A DNA stretch of 64,000 bases from Fibrobacteria bacterium (GTDB lineage: Bacteria > Fibrobacterota > Fibrobacteria > UBA11236 > JADFYW01). Below are positions 50,245 to 60,243 of the stretch, piece after piece. Location: assembly GCA_050294405.1 (NCBI GenBank), contig JBNKOC010000028.1:96001-160000 (forward strand), in the 5' to 3' direction. The position numbers were made by a program, and so were the translations under genes. Within the stretch, counting starts at the first letter, position 1. Each line of letters opens with the position of its first letter. The notes under the pieces were generated by a model. It saw only the letters and a list, made by a program, of their open reading frames with translations, ran no database searches and was not told the DNA's origin.

Positions 50245-50248
50245 GTTA

Positions 50249-51112
50249 TCAGTCCTCTATTTTCTTGCTTAATGGGAAAGCCTGAAAATTGATTTGGTAG
50301 ACTTTTTCAATATGTTTATCGTTTTGGGCTTTTTCCATAATCTTTTTTCGAGTTTCATCTATAAGTTGGGTAATTTCATTATAAGTTTTTTCACTCATGG
50401 AAACAGTAGCTGAGCTAATATGTCTTTCGCTAAGACCCATGGATTCAGTTACATCCAGTGCCCTTAAAAGATTTTGTTTTTTATAATTTTGCAAAATAGA
50501 ATGGGGAATTTTTTCCGCTGAGATAACCGGGTTGGACTGCTGGTAATTTCCTTTGGAATCCTGTGTTAATAGGCCGCAATTTAACAATACCTCCACCGCC
50601 CTTTGGGCCTCTGTGGTTTTGATAGGAGGTCTTAGCATTTTTCCTAGCCTTTCAAAATCGCCTTGCCATTTGGCATATGCCACAAGCTCCCGAACAACGG
50701 GAATGTACCATTCATTAAATAGTGGAAAATGCTTTTCATTTAGTTTATAAAATTTGGAGCTTTTTCTAACGCGGTTTAATTGGTTGTAATAATGTTCTCT
50801 TTCGGAATGGCTGTCCGCCTGATTAAACAAAATCATGTATTCCAGATACAGGGCGGGTTTTCCTTTGAGGCCAATTCCTTTGATGAGTTTAGGAATGGAT
50901 TTTTCAGTGATATTTCTTTTGCCGCTAATTAAATGAGAGCAAAAACTGGCGGAATTAAAACCAGCCTTGCGGGCAAAATACCGATGGGAGAAAACCGATT
51001 TTAATTCTTTTTGTTCTTTGAAATACTCTTTTAAAAATTCCCGATAGTTATCAAACTGGAATATGCGCTCGGTGACCTGAAAGAATTTTGATGTATCTCG
51101 TTTTAAATTCAT
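50249..51112 (-). CDS. TIGR02147-family (HTH + DUF4423) protein
   Basis: F.F.NYREFL.EYF...FSHRYFARKAGF.S......I.GKRN, WYIPVVRELV, VYQINFQAFPLS. Confidence 0.88.
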   Translation of the reverse strand: MNLKRDTSKFFQVTERIFQFDNYREFLKEYFKEQKELKSVFSHRYFARKAGFNSASFCSHLISGKRNITEKSIPKLIKGIGLKGKPALYLEYMILFNQADSHSEREHYYNQLNRVRKSSKFYKLNEKHFPLFNEWYIPVVRELVAYAKWQGDFERLGKMLRPPIKTTEAQRAVEVLLNCGLLTQDSKGNYQQSNPVISAEKIPHSILQNYKKQNLLRALDVTESMGLSERHISSATVSMSEKTYNEITQLIDETRKKIMEKAQNDKHIEKVYQINFQAFPLSKKIED

Positions 51113-51123
51113 TTGCTGCAAAT

Positions 51124-51171
51124 ACAGAGCACCCGGCCTAGCTTTAAAAGGGCTTCGGTCGGGTGCTTTGT
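51124..51171. terminator. Intergenic hairpin ACAGAGCACCCGGCC / GGTCGGGTGCTTTGT (terminator or mRNA-stabilising stem)
   Basis: 15-bp inverted repeat with 2 mismatches between co-oriented genes; weak U-tail. Confidence 0.5.
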
Positions 51172-51187
51172 GGAAATCTAAGTAAAA

Positions 51188-51640
51188 TTATCCCTCTACA
51201 TGGATAGGGGTTTCCTCCTCAGTTGTTTCTTCTTCGGAAACTTCAGTACCCTCTTCATGCTCAGAGCCTTCTTCATCGTGATGTTTGTATTCTACATCTT
51301 CCAAAACAGTGCCTTCGCTTTCGCTTATTTCAATACCTTCAGCTAGCACAATTTCATTACCTTCATCGTCCCGGGCTAAAAGTTTATAGTTACCTGGAGG
51401 CACGTCTGCCGCGGCAAAATGCCCGTCTTCAAAGATGGCAATTACAATTTCTCCGCCTTCTTTTTCCACTAATACCAAAGCATGACCTGTTAAATCTGTA
51501 GAATCGGAAATGGCTATATTTCCAGAAAAGGCTCCAGGTGCATTTGGATTTACTTCCAGTGCGGGGTCTTGGGGATCATCGTTATTGATACAGCCAGTGG
51601 CCGCCAAACATATTGCAAAAATCCATAGCAGTTTTTTCAT
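51188..51640 (-). CDS. Small lipoprotein with acidic/His-rich tail
   Basis: AGGAGG RBS; LAATG-C lipobox; DVPPGNYKL; HHDEEGSEHEE... Confidence 0.8.
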   Translation of the reverse strand: MKKLLWIFAICLAATGCINNDDPQDPALEVNPNAPGAFSGNIAISDSTDLTGHALVLVEKEGGEIVIAIFEDGHFAAADVPPGNYKLLARDDEGNEIVLAEGIEISESEGTVLEDVEYKHHDEEGSEHEEGTEVSEEETTEEETPIHVEG

Positions 51641-51840
51641 TGTTCCTCCTAAAGTTATTGAGCTTGCTATGTTTACAATTTATTATGGGTCATTTGAATC
51701 GTCCCGGCTTTTGTACAAAAAACGATCTCATAAGAGATCACTTTGGCAATCTTAAAAATTACTTAAATCCTTATATTATAATAACTTAAAAATTTAAATA
51801 ATTCTCTATAATTATTTAAATTCTAAAAAATAGAATACAA

Positions 51841-51893
51841 TAGGCTCTGTGGGATTTAAGCTTTGCGGCCAGACACAGCGCAAATGTTAAATC
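51841..51893. repeat. Copy 2 of the dispersed motif, closing into a hairpin
   Basis: Shares about 25 bp with 6075-6100; GATTTAA/TTAAATC and TTTGCG/CGCAAA pair. Confidence 0.6.
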
Positions 51894-51938
51894 TGCCAAA
51901 CTCCTTGGCCCCAGGGGGTGCCTGTATTTAGCTAAAAA

Positions 51939-53387
51939 TTAAGGCTTTTTGAAAACCAAGCCATTTAAACCCTGTCCAATGGCAAAGACCAATAGGGGTA
52001 TTATGGGCAAAGAATAGCGGGTAAACCCAATATGAATTGCGGAAATCAAAAGTGTGTAGGCAAGGCTTATTCCAAGTACAGATAACCCCAGCCAGCCAAA
52101 TCCAGAACCCTTCACATTTAAAAGCAAAAAACCAAGGGTGGCTAATAGCCACCACAGTGGATAATAACTTATCTGCCTTTCCACACGCTTTAATTCTTCA
52201 GAACCTGGAAAATGGCTGTGATAATCAAAAAATATTTTTGGGGGGTAATACTCCCCTGAGGTCACTAACATCCTTCTCCATTCATTATATATGGAATACA
52301 TATACATAGAAGTATTATCCATTATCCAGTTAAAAAACTCGTGTTTAAGGTACCTATCCGATTCAATGCGGCTAAGGCCTTTTTTTTCCAGACATTGCTG
52401 GTATTCATGGGGCAGGGCGTTGGCTTTGTGAGACACATACTTTTTATAATCCACATCCCAGATATGGGGAATTTGTCCAGCGAAATTTTCGCAATCCTTT
52501 AAAAACTTCTGGCTTAGTTCCGGATTTTGCTGCAGCGCATAAAAGCTGGAATGGGTGTATAAATTTACTCCCAGGGCGATAGAGCGTTTGGCTATGCCGA
52601 ATTGCAGATAATTGTAAAAGGCGCCTGTGTCTATAAGAGCTAAAAACAGGCCCAGCGCCAAAAATTTTTTGGCGGATAATTTGTAGCCCACTAAAATCAA
52701 CAGGCAGAAGATTAATATAGGGTCCATTACCTGGCGGCATAAAGAGGCCAGTCCCGCAAATAAGGCAAACAACGTTAGGCTTTTAAGATGCCCCTCTTTT
52801 ATATGCCATACAAAACCGGTAAAAGCGCCCATTAAGCAAAAGCTAAAGAGAGTGGTATCGGATACCAACATGGGTTCTCTTAGCCAAAGGGTATTGAGGG
52901 AAAAAAGCAAAAAACAAAAAAGAATAATCTGGTTTTTCCAGCCTAAAAGTCGAGCAGCCAGATACATACATAAAAAGATTCCGCCTTTTAAAAGGAGCTG
53001 GTAGATGGCCACGGCTTTTAAGTTAGGGGCTAACATCAAAAACCAGGGGTACAATTTGGGCCTATACATGGCAAGCTCCATGGGAACTGTGTTCCCGTGG
53101 GCAATGGTCCAAAACCCTTTGGCATCGGGGCCGGAAAGCTCTGGCCAGCTAAAGAAAAAAATATGCAACCAAATAGTTGCTGATATGCCCAGGATCCATT
53201 TTGCCTTTTCCCATTTAAAGCTTACAGGCAGATAAAAAACAAAAAAGCCTAACAGGGCTAAAAATGCGAGCCGGTAAAAAGAAATACGGCCTTCCAGCCA
53301 AAAATTGAGGACCAAATAAAAAAGGATAGAGAGGCACAACTTGGTGTTGCTTTTAAAAAAGGGGCCAATTTTGCTGTAAAAATCCAA
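51939..53387 (-). CDS. Polytopic membrane protein, GT-C-like
   Basis: PDAKGF, YRPKLYP, SDTT, L.R, RYSLP; many TMs; TTG start uncertain. Confidence 0.6.
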   Translation of the reverse strand: MDFYSKIGPFFKSNTKLCLSILFYLVLNFWLEGRISFYRLAFLALLGFFVFYLPVSFKWEKAKWILGISATIWLHIFFFSWPELSGPDAKGFWTIAHGNTVPMELAMYRPKLYPWFLMLAPNLKAVAIYQLLLKGGIFLCMYLAARLLGWKNQIILFCFLLFSLNTLWLREPMLVSDTTLFSFCLMGAFTGFVWHIKEGHLKSLTLFALFAGLASLCRQVMDPILIFCLLILVGYKLSAKKFLALGLFLALIDTGAFYNYLQFGIAKRSIALGVNLYTHSSFYALQQNPELSQKFLKDCENFAGQIPHIWDVDYKKYVSHKANALPHEYQQCLEKKGLSRIESDRYLKHEFFNWIMDNTSMYMYSIYNEWRRMLVTSGEYYPPKIFFDYHSHFPGSEELKRVERQISYYPLWWLLATLGFLLLNVKGSGFGWLGLSVLGISLAYTLLISAIHIGFTRYSLPIIPLLVFAIGQGLNGLVFKKP

Positions 53388-53572
53388 TTTTTATTACCCG
53401 GATAACTGGTTATCTGGCTTCATTATATTATTACGGGGACCTAAAATGGTATTGGGGTCTTGTTTAATCCAAGAAACGGGATGTTTTTGCCCCTTTAATC
53501 CTGTAAATATGAGGAGCATTTTCCTAAATATAAAAGGCACTGAAACATAAATGAAACAATCACGGCGGGAGC

Positions 53573-55276
53573 ATGAAAGAAGAAATAATCTGGAAAATAA
53601 TTTTTGAAGTTTTAGGCGGCCTCGGAATTTTTCTAGTGGGAATGAATTTTATGCGAGACGGCATGCAGATGATAGCAGGCTCTAAATTCCGCAAAATGAT
53701 TCATGTGATGACCTCCAACCGCATCATGGGCGTGGGCGTGGGCACTTTGATGACCTGCATTGTTCAGTCCAGCTCTATTACCACCGTGATGGTGGTAGGC
53801 TTGGTGAATTCGGAACTGATGACTTTAACTCAGGCCATTGGCGTGATTATGGGCGCCAACATAGGGACTACCATTACAGGCTGGATTTTAGCCATTAAAA
53901 TTGGCAAATACGGAATGCCCATATTGGGAATTTCCGCATTGGTTTTTTTGCTGTCCAAAAAGGAAAAACTAAAGTACATCGCTCTTGCGTTTTTGGGCAT
54001 TGGTATGATATTCGTGGGCCTGGAAATGATGAAAAACGGCTTTAAGCCTATTCGCAGTTTGCCCGAATTTGAGGCCTGGTTTAAAGTTTTTAATGCGGAC
54101 AGCTATTTTGGGGTATTGAGTTGTGCGCTGGTGGGTTGCATACTTACGGTAATTGTACAATCTTCCTCGGCAACCTTGGGTATAACCATTGGCCTTGCCA
54201 GCACAGGGGTGATTCCCTTCGAAACAGCGGCTGCGTTGGTTTTAGGTGAAAATATCGGAACAACTATAACTGCCTTTCTGGCCTCCTTGGGAACCGGGGC
54301 AAATGCCAAAAAATCCGCTTACTTCCATATTATTTTCAATTTGTTAGGTGTGCTTTGGATTACGGCAGTTTTCCGATTTTATATGCCTATTATATCCTGG
54401 ATATCTGAGAGTATTTACGGTGGCTCTCCCAATTTTATGAAAATGGTGGATGGGGAGCAATTTTACCCTTATATAACGGCGGCTATCGCAACGGTGCATA
54501 CGGGTTTTAACGTGATAAACACTTTGATATTTCTGCCCTTTACCGGGAAATTTGCGAATCTTTTGGATAAATTCGGATCCAAAGAAGAAAAAGAAAACGA
54601 CAACTACTACACCCATTTGGATTTTACCATTCACGATTCCCCCTATGTGGCTCTGGAACAGTCTAAGCACGAAATCACACGCATGGATGAAAAAGTAAAA
54701 CAGATGATGGACAATCTAAACGACTGTGTAAATAACCCGGAGACGTCGGAAAAGCAGGAAAAAGAGCTTTTTGAGAGAGAAAATATTCTAGACCATGTTC
54801 AAAAGGAAATCACCACTTTTATTACAGATATATTGGGTGAAAAAGTTCCTCACGATGTGGCTTATGAGGGCCAGGTTCAATTGCGAATGGCCGATGAATA
54901 CGAATCCATAAGCGATGAGATTACCGGTATTTTAAAACTCCATTTAAGATTAAAAGAGCAGAATGTGATATTGAGCCCGGAACAATTGGAAGAGTTAAAC
55001 GGACTCCACCATGATGTATCTGCTTATTACAATTTCATCCATCAGAAAGTCGAATCAGATGCCAGTGAATTTATGGACCAGGCCCATAAAACCAGCCGAG
55101 ATATTACTGAAAAAATCAGGAATTTGCGTACTAAGCATTGGGGACGTTTGCAGGAAGTTAAAGTGGACCCTTTAATTACAACCACTTACATGGATGTGGC
55201 CAACTCTTATCGGCGTATTAAAGATCATCTGCTCAATATTGCAGAGGCTATTTGCGGTGAAAAATTAGTGGCTTAA
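53573..55276 (+). CDS. Na+/Pi cotransporter with PhoU domains
   Basis: Two QSSS repeats, GANIGTT/GENIGTT, C-terminal PhoU helices. Confidence 0.93.
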   Translation: MKEEIIWKIIFEVLGGLGIFLVGMNFMRDGMQMIAGSKFRKMIHVMTSNRIMGVGVGTLMTCIVQSSSITTVMVVGLVNSELMTLTQAIGVIMGANIGTTITGWILAIKIGKYGMPILGISALVFLLSKKEKLKYIALAFLGIGMIFVGLEMMKNGFKPIRSLPEFEAWFKVFNADSYFGVLSCALVGCILTVIVQSSSATLGITIGLASTGVIPFETAAALVLGENIGTTITAFLASLGTGANAKKSAYFHIIFNLLGVLWITAVFRFYMPIISWISESIYGGSPNFMKMVDGEQFYPYITAAIATVHTGFNVINTLIFLPFTGKFANLLDKFGSKEEKENDNYYTHLDFTIHDSPYVALEQSKHEITRMDEKVKQMMDNLNDCVNNPETSEKQEKELFERENILDHVQKEITTFITDILGEKVPHDVAYEGQVQLRMADEYESISDEITGILKLHLRLKEQNVILSPEQLEELNGLHHDVSAYYNFIHQKVESDASEFMDQAHKTSRDITEKIRNLRTKHWGRLQEVKVDPLITTTYMDVANSYRRIKDHLLNIAEAICGEKLVA

Positions 55277-55293
55277 AGGATTGGGCCTTATGT

Positions 55294-55896
55294 TTAGGCC
55301 CTCCAATCAACAAATTCAGCCAAAGCTGTGCGCTTGCCTGTTCCTTTAAGTTGGGGGTAGCCCAGCTGAAAAAGCCCTAAGGACAAAACATCCGGCCCAA
55401 AGTTAAGATATTTTAAAAGCTCTGGACTGCGCGAAGGAGCGCCGCTACCCCAGTGGGCGCCAAGGCCTAATTCCTCTGCGGCTAATAACATATTTTGCAG
55501 AGCACAACCCATGGTAAGGCTGTCTTCTAAAAGAGTTTGGGCGTTGTCTGACATTTTCATACCGGCAGCAATGAAGGCCGGGACCTTTTGAAAATCATCC
55601 CTAAGCTTTTGAGCTTTGTTCGCATATTGCGCCTTTTCTTCTGGAGTGTCCCCCATATTTAAAATGCCTTGGCAATATACATCAATAAATTCGGCCTTTT
55701 TGGAAGGCAAAATAACCACAAATTTCCAAGGTTCGGTGAACTTGTGATTGGGAGCCCAGGTAGCGGCGTATAAAATTTTTTCGATGATTTCTTTGGAAAC
55801 TTCTTTTTCCTGAAACAGGCGGATATCCCGGCGGGACAAAATCGTCTTTAAAACCGGATAAGACTCTGCGAGGTTAAAATTGGGCTCGAGTTTCAT
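55294..55896 (-). CDS. Nitroreductase family protein
   Basis: RRDIRLF, AA.WAPNH..TEPW.F, QNMLLAA..LGLG..W. Confidence 0.9.
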   Translation of the reverse strand: MKLEPNFNLAESYPVLKTILSRRDIRLFQEKEVSKEIIEKILYAATWAPNHKFTEPWKFVVILPSKKAEFIDVYCQGILNMGDTPEEKAQYANKAQKLRDDFQKVPAFIAAGMKMSDNAQTLLEDSLTMGCALQNMLLAAEELGLGAHWGSGAPSRSPELLKYLNFGPDVLSLGLFQLGYPQLKGTGKRTALAEFVDWRA

Positions 55897-56951
55897 AATG
55901 CTACCTTGGATGCTCGATAAAGGGTGTAAGATAAATAAAGGCTAAAACCAAAAACGATTAGGGCGACAGCCTGATGTAAGGCCCCTAAACTGACGGGAAC
56001 CACTAACAACAAGGTGAAAATTCCAATTGCAAATTGGGTGAAAAAAACCAGGCTTAAACCTAAAATGATGTTTCTGATTTTCCCAGGCAAAGCCGATAAC
56101 CGAGGAGGCCAAATGAGATAACCGGTCAATAAAAATAAAAGCCAGGCATTGGTGCGGTGGATAAACTGCACAGCCCCAGGGTTGTCAAAAAAATTGGAAA
56201 GCAAAGGCTCCAAATGAAAAAATCCGGGCGGAATGACATGGCCGAGCATAAGAGGAAAAGTGTTGTAACTAAAGCCGGCTTTAAGTCCAGCTACTAAGCC
56301 TCCATAAGCGATTTGCAAAACAATTAAGGCTAAATAAACATAAGAAAAGGTTTTAAGCCTCTTTAGCTTATGAGCTGGATAAATTGGAGAGCTTTGGCTG
56401 GAATGGGGAAGGCCAAAATATATCCATAACAAATAGCCAAAAATTAAAAGAGCTAACATCAAATGTGCAGTGAGGCGGTAATGACTAACATAAGGATTAT
56501 CTACCAGGCCGCTCATTACCATAAACCATCCCATGAGCCCCTGTAATCCGCCCAGGCTAAACAAGATCCATATCTGCTTGTTTACTCCGGGTAAATGTTT
56601 AAAATGGCCTCGAAACATAAAATAAAGGGCGGGCAAAAAAACCACAACTCCAATAAGTCGTCCCCACAAACGGTGGATATATTCCCAAAAGAAAATCCAC
56701 TTGAACTCGTGGAGGCTCATTTGGTGGTTGACATGTTTGTATTCGGGAAATTGCTGGTATTTTTGGAAGGCCTCTTCCCAATCGGCCTGGCTTAAAGGTG
56801 GAAGTGTCCCCATAATGGGCTTCCATTCCACAATAGAAAGGCCAGAGTGGGTTAAGCGGGTTATTCCACCGATAACCACCATGCAAAACACCATGGCAAT
56901 TAAGATTTGCAACCAGAGGCCCACAGACCTTTTGACAGAAGTTTGGTCCAT
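55893..56951 (-). CDS. ctaA: Heme A synthase (COX15/CtaA, type 2)
   Basis: GGITRLT.SGLSI.EW, WEYIHRLWGR, VSHYRL.AH, QFIHR, LHQ. Confidence 0.93.
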   Translation of the reverse strand: MDQTSVKRSVGLWLQILIAMVFCMVVIGGITRLTHSGLSIVEWKPIMGTLPPLSQADWEEAFQKYQQFPEYKHVNHQMSLHEFKWIFFWEYIHRLWGRLIGVVVFLPALYFMFRGHFKHLPGVNKQIWILFSLGGLQGLMGWFMVMSGLVDNPYVSHYRLTAHLMLALLIFGYLLWIYFGLPHSSQSSPIYPAHKLKRLKTFSYVYLALIVLQIAYGGLVAGLKAGFSYNTFPLMLGHVIPPGFFHLEPLLSNFFDNPGAVQFIHRTNAWLLFLLTGYLIWPPRLSALPGKIRNIILGLSLVFFTQFAIGIFTLLLVVPVSLGALHQAVALIVFGFSLYLSYTLYRASKVAL

Positions 56952-56987
56952 AACCGGGCTTTAAATTAGCAATCTTTGGCCAAAGGC

Positions 56988-57833
56988 TCAAAGTTGGGCT
57001 TTTTGATGGGCGTAACTTAGGGTGGCTCCATACAAAATAATAATCCAGCTAATATAAAGCACCAGCATTAAAATGGGAAGTGAGGCCAGGGAACCATAGA
57101 GCACTGAATAACGCAGCAAAAAAAGGCTTTGGAGCTTTATGGCCAAATAAAAAAACACAAATAAAAGCAGGGTGATTAAAGTGGAGCCGGTAATAGCGGA
57201 ACGAAATTTAACTCGGGTATAGGGTATGATGTAATACATAATGGTTATTAGAATCCAGGTTAAGCCAGTTATCATACTAAAGGCAAAGGTAAAGGGTACG
57301 GCATGGGAAAAATTAAGGGAGGTGGAATTGTGTAATGCCTCCTGGATGTGAATTTGAAATTTGGCCAAAATCCAAGAGTTAATAATAACAAAGAGCCCAA
57401 GGAAAATTAAAAAGGGAGTATATATGTAGAGGCGTTTTAACCAATTGCGATTTTTCTTTAGGTTCCAGATAATGTTCAGGGACTTTTCCAGGTTGGAAAT
57501 AGCTAAAAGACTGGTGGCAAACAGGGTTACAGAACCAACTATTCCCATTTTGGCCATTTTTATTTTTTGGGTATGGGCTAAAAGGTTTTCCAGCAGATCT
57601 AAGGGAATTTCAATGCCCCAGGTATTGGTAAGTTGGGAAAGCACATTGCCAAACAAATTTATTTTGACAATGGAAGTAGATACCCAGGTCAAAATGACAA
57701 CCAGGGGAACAAAGGAAAGCATGCTGGAAAAAGAAAGGGCGGAGGCTCTGACTGGAACCTGGTTGGTGCGAAACATTAAAAAGGAATTCCAGAAAATGCT
57801 TCGAAAGCGCTTCCAGTATATTTTCCTTTTCAT
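56988..57833 (-). CDS. YihY/virulence factor BrkB family membrane protein
   Basis: ASALSF...LS.VP, LN.IW, YS.LYGSLA.LP...L..Y.SW.I.L.GA. Confidence 0.9.
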   Translation of the reverse strand: MKRKIYWKRFRSIFWNSFLMFRTNQVPVRASALSFSSMLSFVPLVVILTWVSTSIVKINLFGNVLSQLTNTWGIEIPLDLLENLLAHTQKIKMAKMGIVGSVTLFATSLLAISNLEKSLNIIWNLKKNRNWLKRLYIYTPFLIFLGLFVIINSWILAKFQIHIQEALHNSTSLNFSHAVPFTFAFSMITGLTWILITIMYYIIPYTRVKFRSAITGSTLITLLLFVFFYLAIKLQSLFLLRYSVLYGSLASLPILMLVLYISWIIILYGATLSYAHQKAQL

Positions 57834-57855
57834 TTAAGAGCCTCAAAAGGCCTTG

Positions 57856-58845
57856 TTATTTGTTCCCAAAAGATTGCCGCAAGGTGAAGGCATCGTAAAC
57901 TTGAATTTTATCTTCCTCCCGGCTTTCCTCTGAATATAACAAAGGAACAGGGCTTTTTCTTCTGTGAGAAAAAACCAAGTGAAATAAGGCGGCAAGACGT
58001 TTTTCCCAACTACTGATCATTTCAAAGCCGCATTCCAATAAATTTGAACCGGATTTTTCCCAAATGTCCTGCGCGTTCACCATGCTTATGTTGTTAAGGG
58101 CGCTAAGCAACATGGCATTGGGCTCAGCCACTCCCCGTTTGCGGTGGGAAGGGATGATTTTGGCTTTCACATCTTTTTGCTGCAAGATCTGATTAAGTAA
58201 ATTGAGCAACTCCCTTTCCAATTGGGGCAAATTCAAAAGCTCCACCTTTACAAAACCTGTTTGCAAATCGTGGTCAAAATTTTGAGTTTGCTGGGGAAAA
58301 TTTTGCCGCCAAAAATTGTGGAGGCTTTGGGAATTGGTAAATAAGTACCAATAACGTCCGGGCATTAAATCCAATGTAATTTGCGACTGATTGAGAGAAA
58401 TTTCCAAATGGCTTGCCAGTTGATCTCCCTTTTCAATTTCGTGGCTGAGCTCAATAAACTTTAAAAGAGGTAACAACTGGGAGCGGAAGTGGTATTCACT
58501 TTGGCCATTAACATGGAATTCGCTGTGGCAGTTTTCACATTCTTTGGAAAACTCCTCTGAATGGGAGCCCAAATGTACATGAGCGCAGTGGGGGCAAATT
58601 TCAAAACGAAATTTATCAAAGGAGGATTTGCCTCTGGAAATCTGTTTCCACTCCCCTTCCCTAAGATAGCTGTAAGCCTCATGGGCCATGCGCAACTTGG
58701 CTCTGGCCAAAGAGGAAAATTCAGGTCCCAGGTGGTGGAATTTATCGGGATGGTATTGAACAAGGCATTTTTTATATGCCTTTTCCATTTCACTAAAACT
58801 GACGGGGGGCTTGAGCCCTAAAATTTGGTATGGGTTTAATTTCAC
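57856..58845 (-). CDS. J-domain protein with Zn-ribbon and unknown C-terminus
   Basis: NPYQILG...YHPDK...AY..L; CPHC..CENC. Confidence 0.75.
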   Translation of the reverse strand: MKLNPYQILGLKPPVSFSEMEKAYKKCLVQYHPDKFHHLGPEFSSLARAKLRMAHEAYSYLREGEWKQISRGKSSFDKFRFEICPHCAHVHLGSHSEEFSKECENCHSEFHVNGQSEYHFRSQLLPLLKFIELSHEIEKGDQLASHLEISLNQSQITLDLMPGRYWYLFTNSQSLHNFWRQNFPQQTQNFDHDLQTGFVKVELLNLPQLERELLNLLNQILQQKDVKAKIIPSHRKRGVAEPNAMLLSALNNISMVNAQDIWEKSGSNLLECGFEMISSWEKRLAALFHLVFSHRRKSPVPLLYSEESREEDKIQVYDAFTLRQSFGNK

Positions 58846-58878
58846 CCGTTTAAATTAAAAGTTTGCAGGGGGCAGAGT

Positions 58879-60243
58879 TTAACTTTTTTTGAGGAAATTT
58901 TGCACCAATTCCCGAAAGCGATCGCCCCTTTCACCATAGTTCTTAAATAATCCAAAACTGGCGCAGGCAGGTGACAAAAGGCAGACTCCCGCAGCCTTAC
59001 TTTCTAATAAATATTTCAGGGAATCCTCTAACTGTTGGCAGTGTTTTAAGGCGGGAAGGCTTTGGTTTTTGTGCTTTAAAATTTCTTGTTCGAGCCTTTG
59101 GGCGGTGGCTCCAATAAGGGCGATTTTTTTTATGTGGGTGGAGTGAGCTATGTAATGGCCCAGTTCTGAAAAATCCGCATTTTTCTCTGACCCTCCCAAA
59201 ATTAAAAAGAGACTTTGACTTTCAAAATTTTTTAAAGCTCCCAAAGTGGCATCGGGCCTTGTGGCATAGGAATCGTTGTAAAACTCCATTTGCTCGCTTT
59301 CTCCTAAAAATTCAAGGCGATGTTTTAAACCTTTAAAACGTGAAAATGTATGTCGCATTTTAGGAGGCGGTATTTCTAGAAACTGTCCAATGGCTGCGGC
59401 CGCAGCGATGTTTTCCAAATTAAAAGCGCCTTTTAGCTTTAAATTTTTAAGATAAAGGGGCCCATCGGAAAGTTCCATTTTGTCAGATGTAATTAAAAAA
59501 GGCCGGTGTTTGCCCACAGCCATTTTTTGAGCTTTTGATAATCCGGCGATGTAACGGCTGCCCTCGGATAAATCGGAATATATACATATATCATTTGGCT
59601 GTTGTTGCTTAACCAAATTGGCTTTAGCCTCCCAGTATTCCTTTTGGCTTAAGTGCCAATCCAGATGTTCGGAAGTGGTTTTTAAAACAACAGCGTATTT
59701 AGGCGACTTTTTCAGACTGTACAATTGGAAGCTGGAAAGCTCTAAAATAATATAAGGCCAATCTTTGGCGATATCAAACTTTTCCAGTAAGTCCAGAGCG
59801 GCAATACCGATGTTTCCACCTAATACATGGGGAACGTTGGCGTCTTCCATCATTTTTTGGATAAGGCTGCAACAGGTCCCTTTTCCCATAGTTCCGGTTA
59901 CGGCAATTATTTTATCTTTAGGGGCCAGGTCAAACAGGATTTCCACCTGTGATGTAATTGTTCCACCATTTTCCATAAAACTCTTAATTTGCGGTGAGTC
60001 CGGGCGAATTCCAGCAGAGCGAATCAGGGTTTTAATCTTATCTAAATGTTTTTGGTGGCTGTCCCCAAAATAGCCTGGTATGTTATCGGGCCGAGCCCCG
60101 GGATTTTTATCCAGCACCAAAATATTTTTGTAGCCCATTCGCTGCAAAAAGCCAAGCGTACTTTGTCCTTCTACCCCGAATCCCAGAATTCCAATGGGTT
60201 CATTTAAATGTAAGGAACTTTTTAAAAGGGACGCTTGCCCCAT
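58879..60243 (-). CDS. murD: UDP-N-acetylmuramoyl-L-alanine--D-glutamate ligase
   Basis: AVTGT.GK.T, GGNIG, LELSSFQL, HLDWH, HRLE, NDS.AT, LSPACASF. Confidence 0.95.
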   Translation of the reverse strand: MGQASLLKSSLHLNEPIGILGFGVEGQSTLGFLQRMGYKNILVLDKNPGARPDNIPGYFGDSHQKHLDKIKTLIRSAGIRPDSPQIKSFMENGGTITSQVEILFDLAPKDKIIAVTGTMGKGTCCSLIQKMMEDANVPHVLGGNIGIAALDLLEKFDIAKDWPYIILELSSFQLYSLKKSPKYAVVLKTTSEHLDWHLSQKEYWEAKANLVKQQQPNDICIYSDLSEGSRYIAGLSKAQKMAVGKHRPFLITSDKMELSDGPLYLKNLKLKGAFNLENIAAAAAIGQFLEIPPPKMRHTFSRFKGLKHRLEFLGESEQMEFYNDSYATRPDATLGALKNFESQSLFLILGGSEKNADFSELGHYIAHSTHIKKIALIGATAQRLEQEILKHKNQSLPALKHCQQLEDSLKYLLESKAAGVCLLSPACASFGLFKNYGERGDRFRELVQNFLKKS

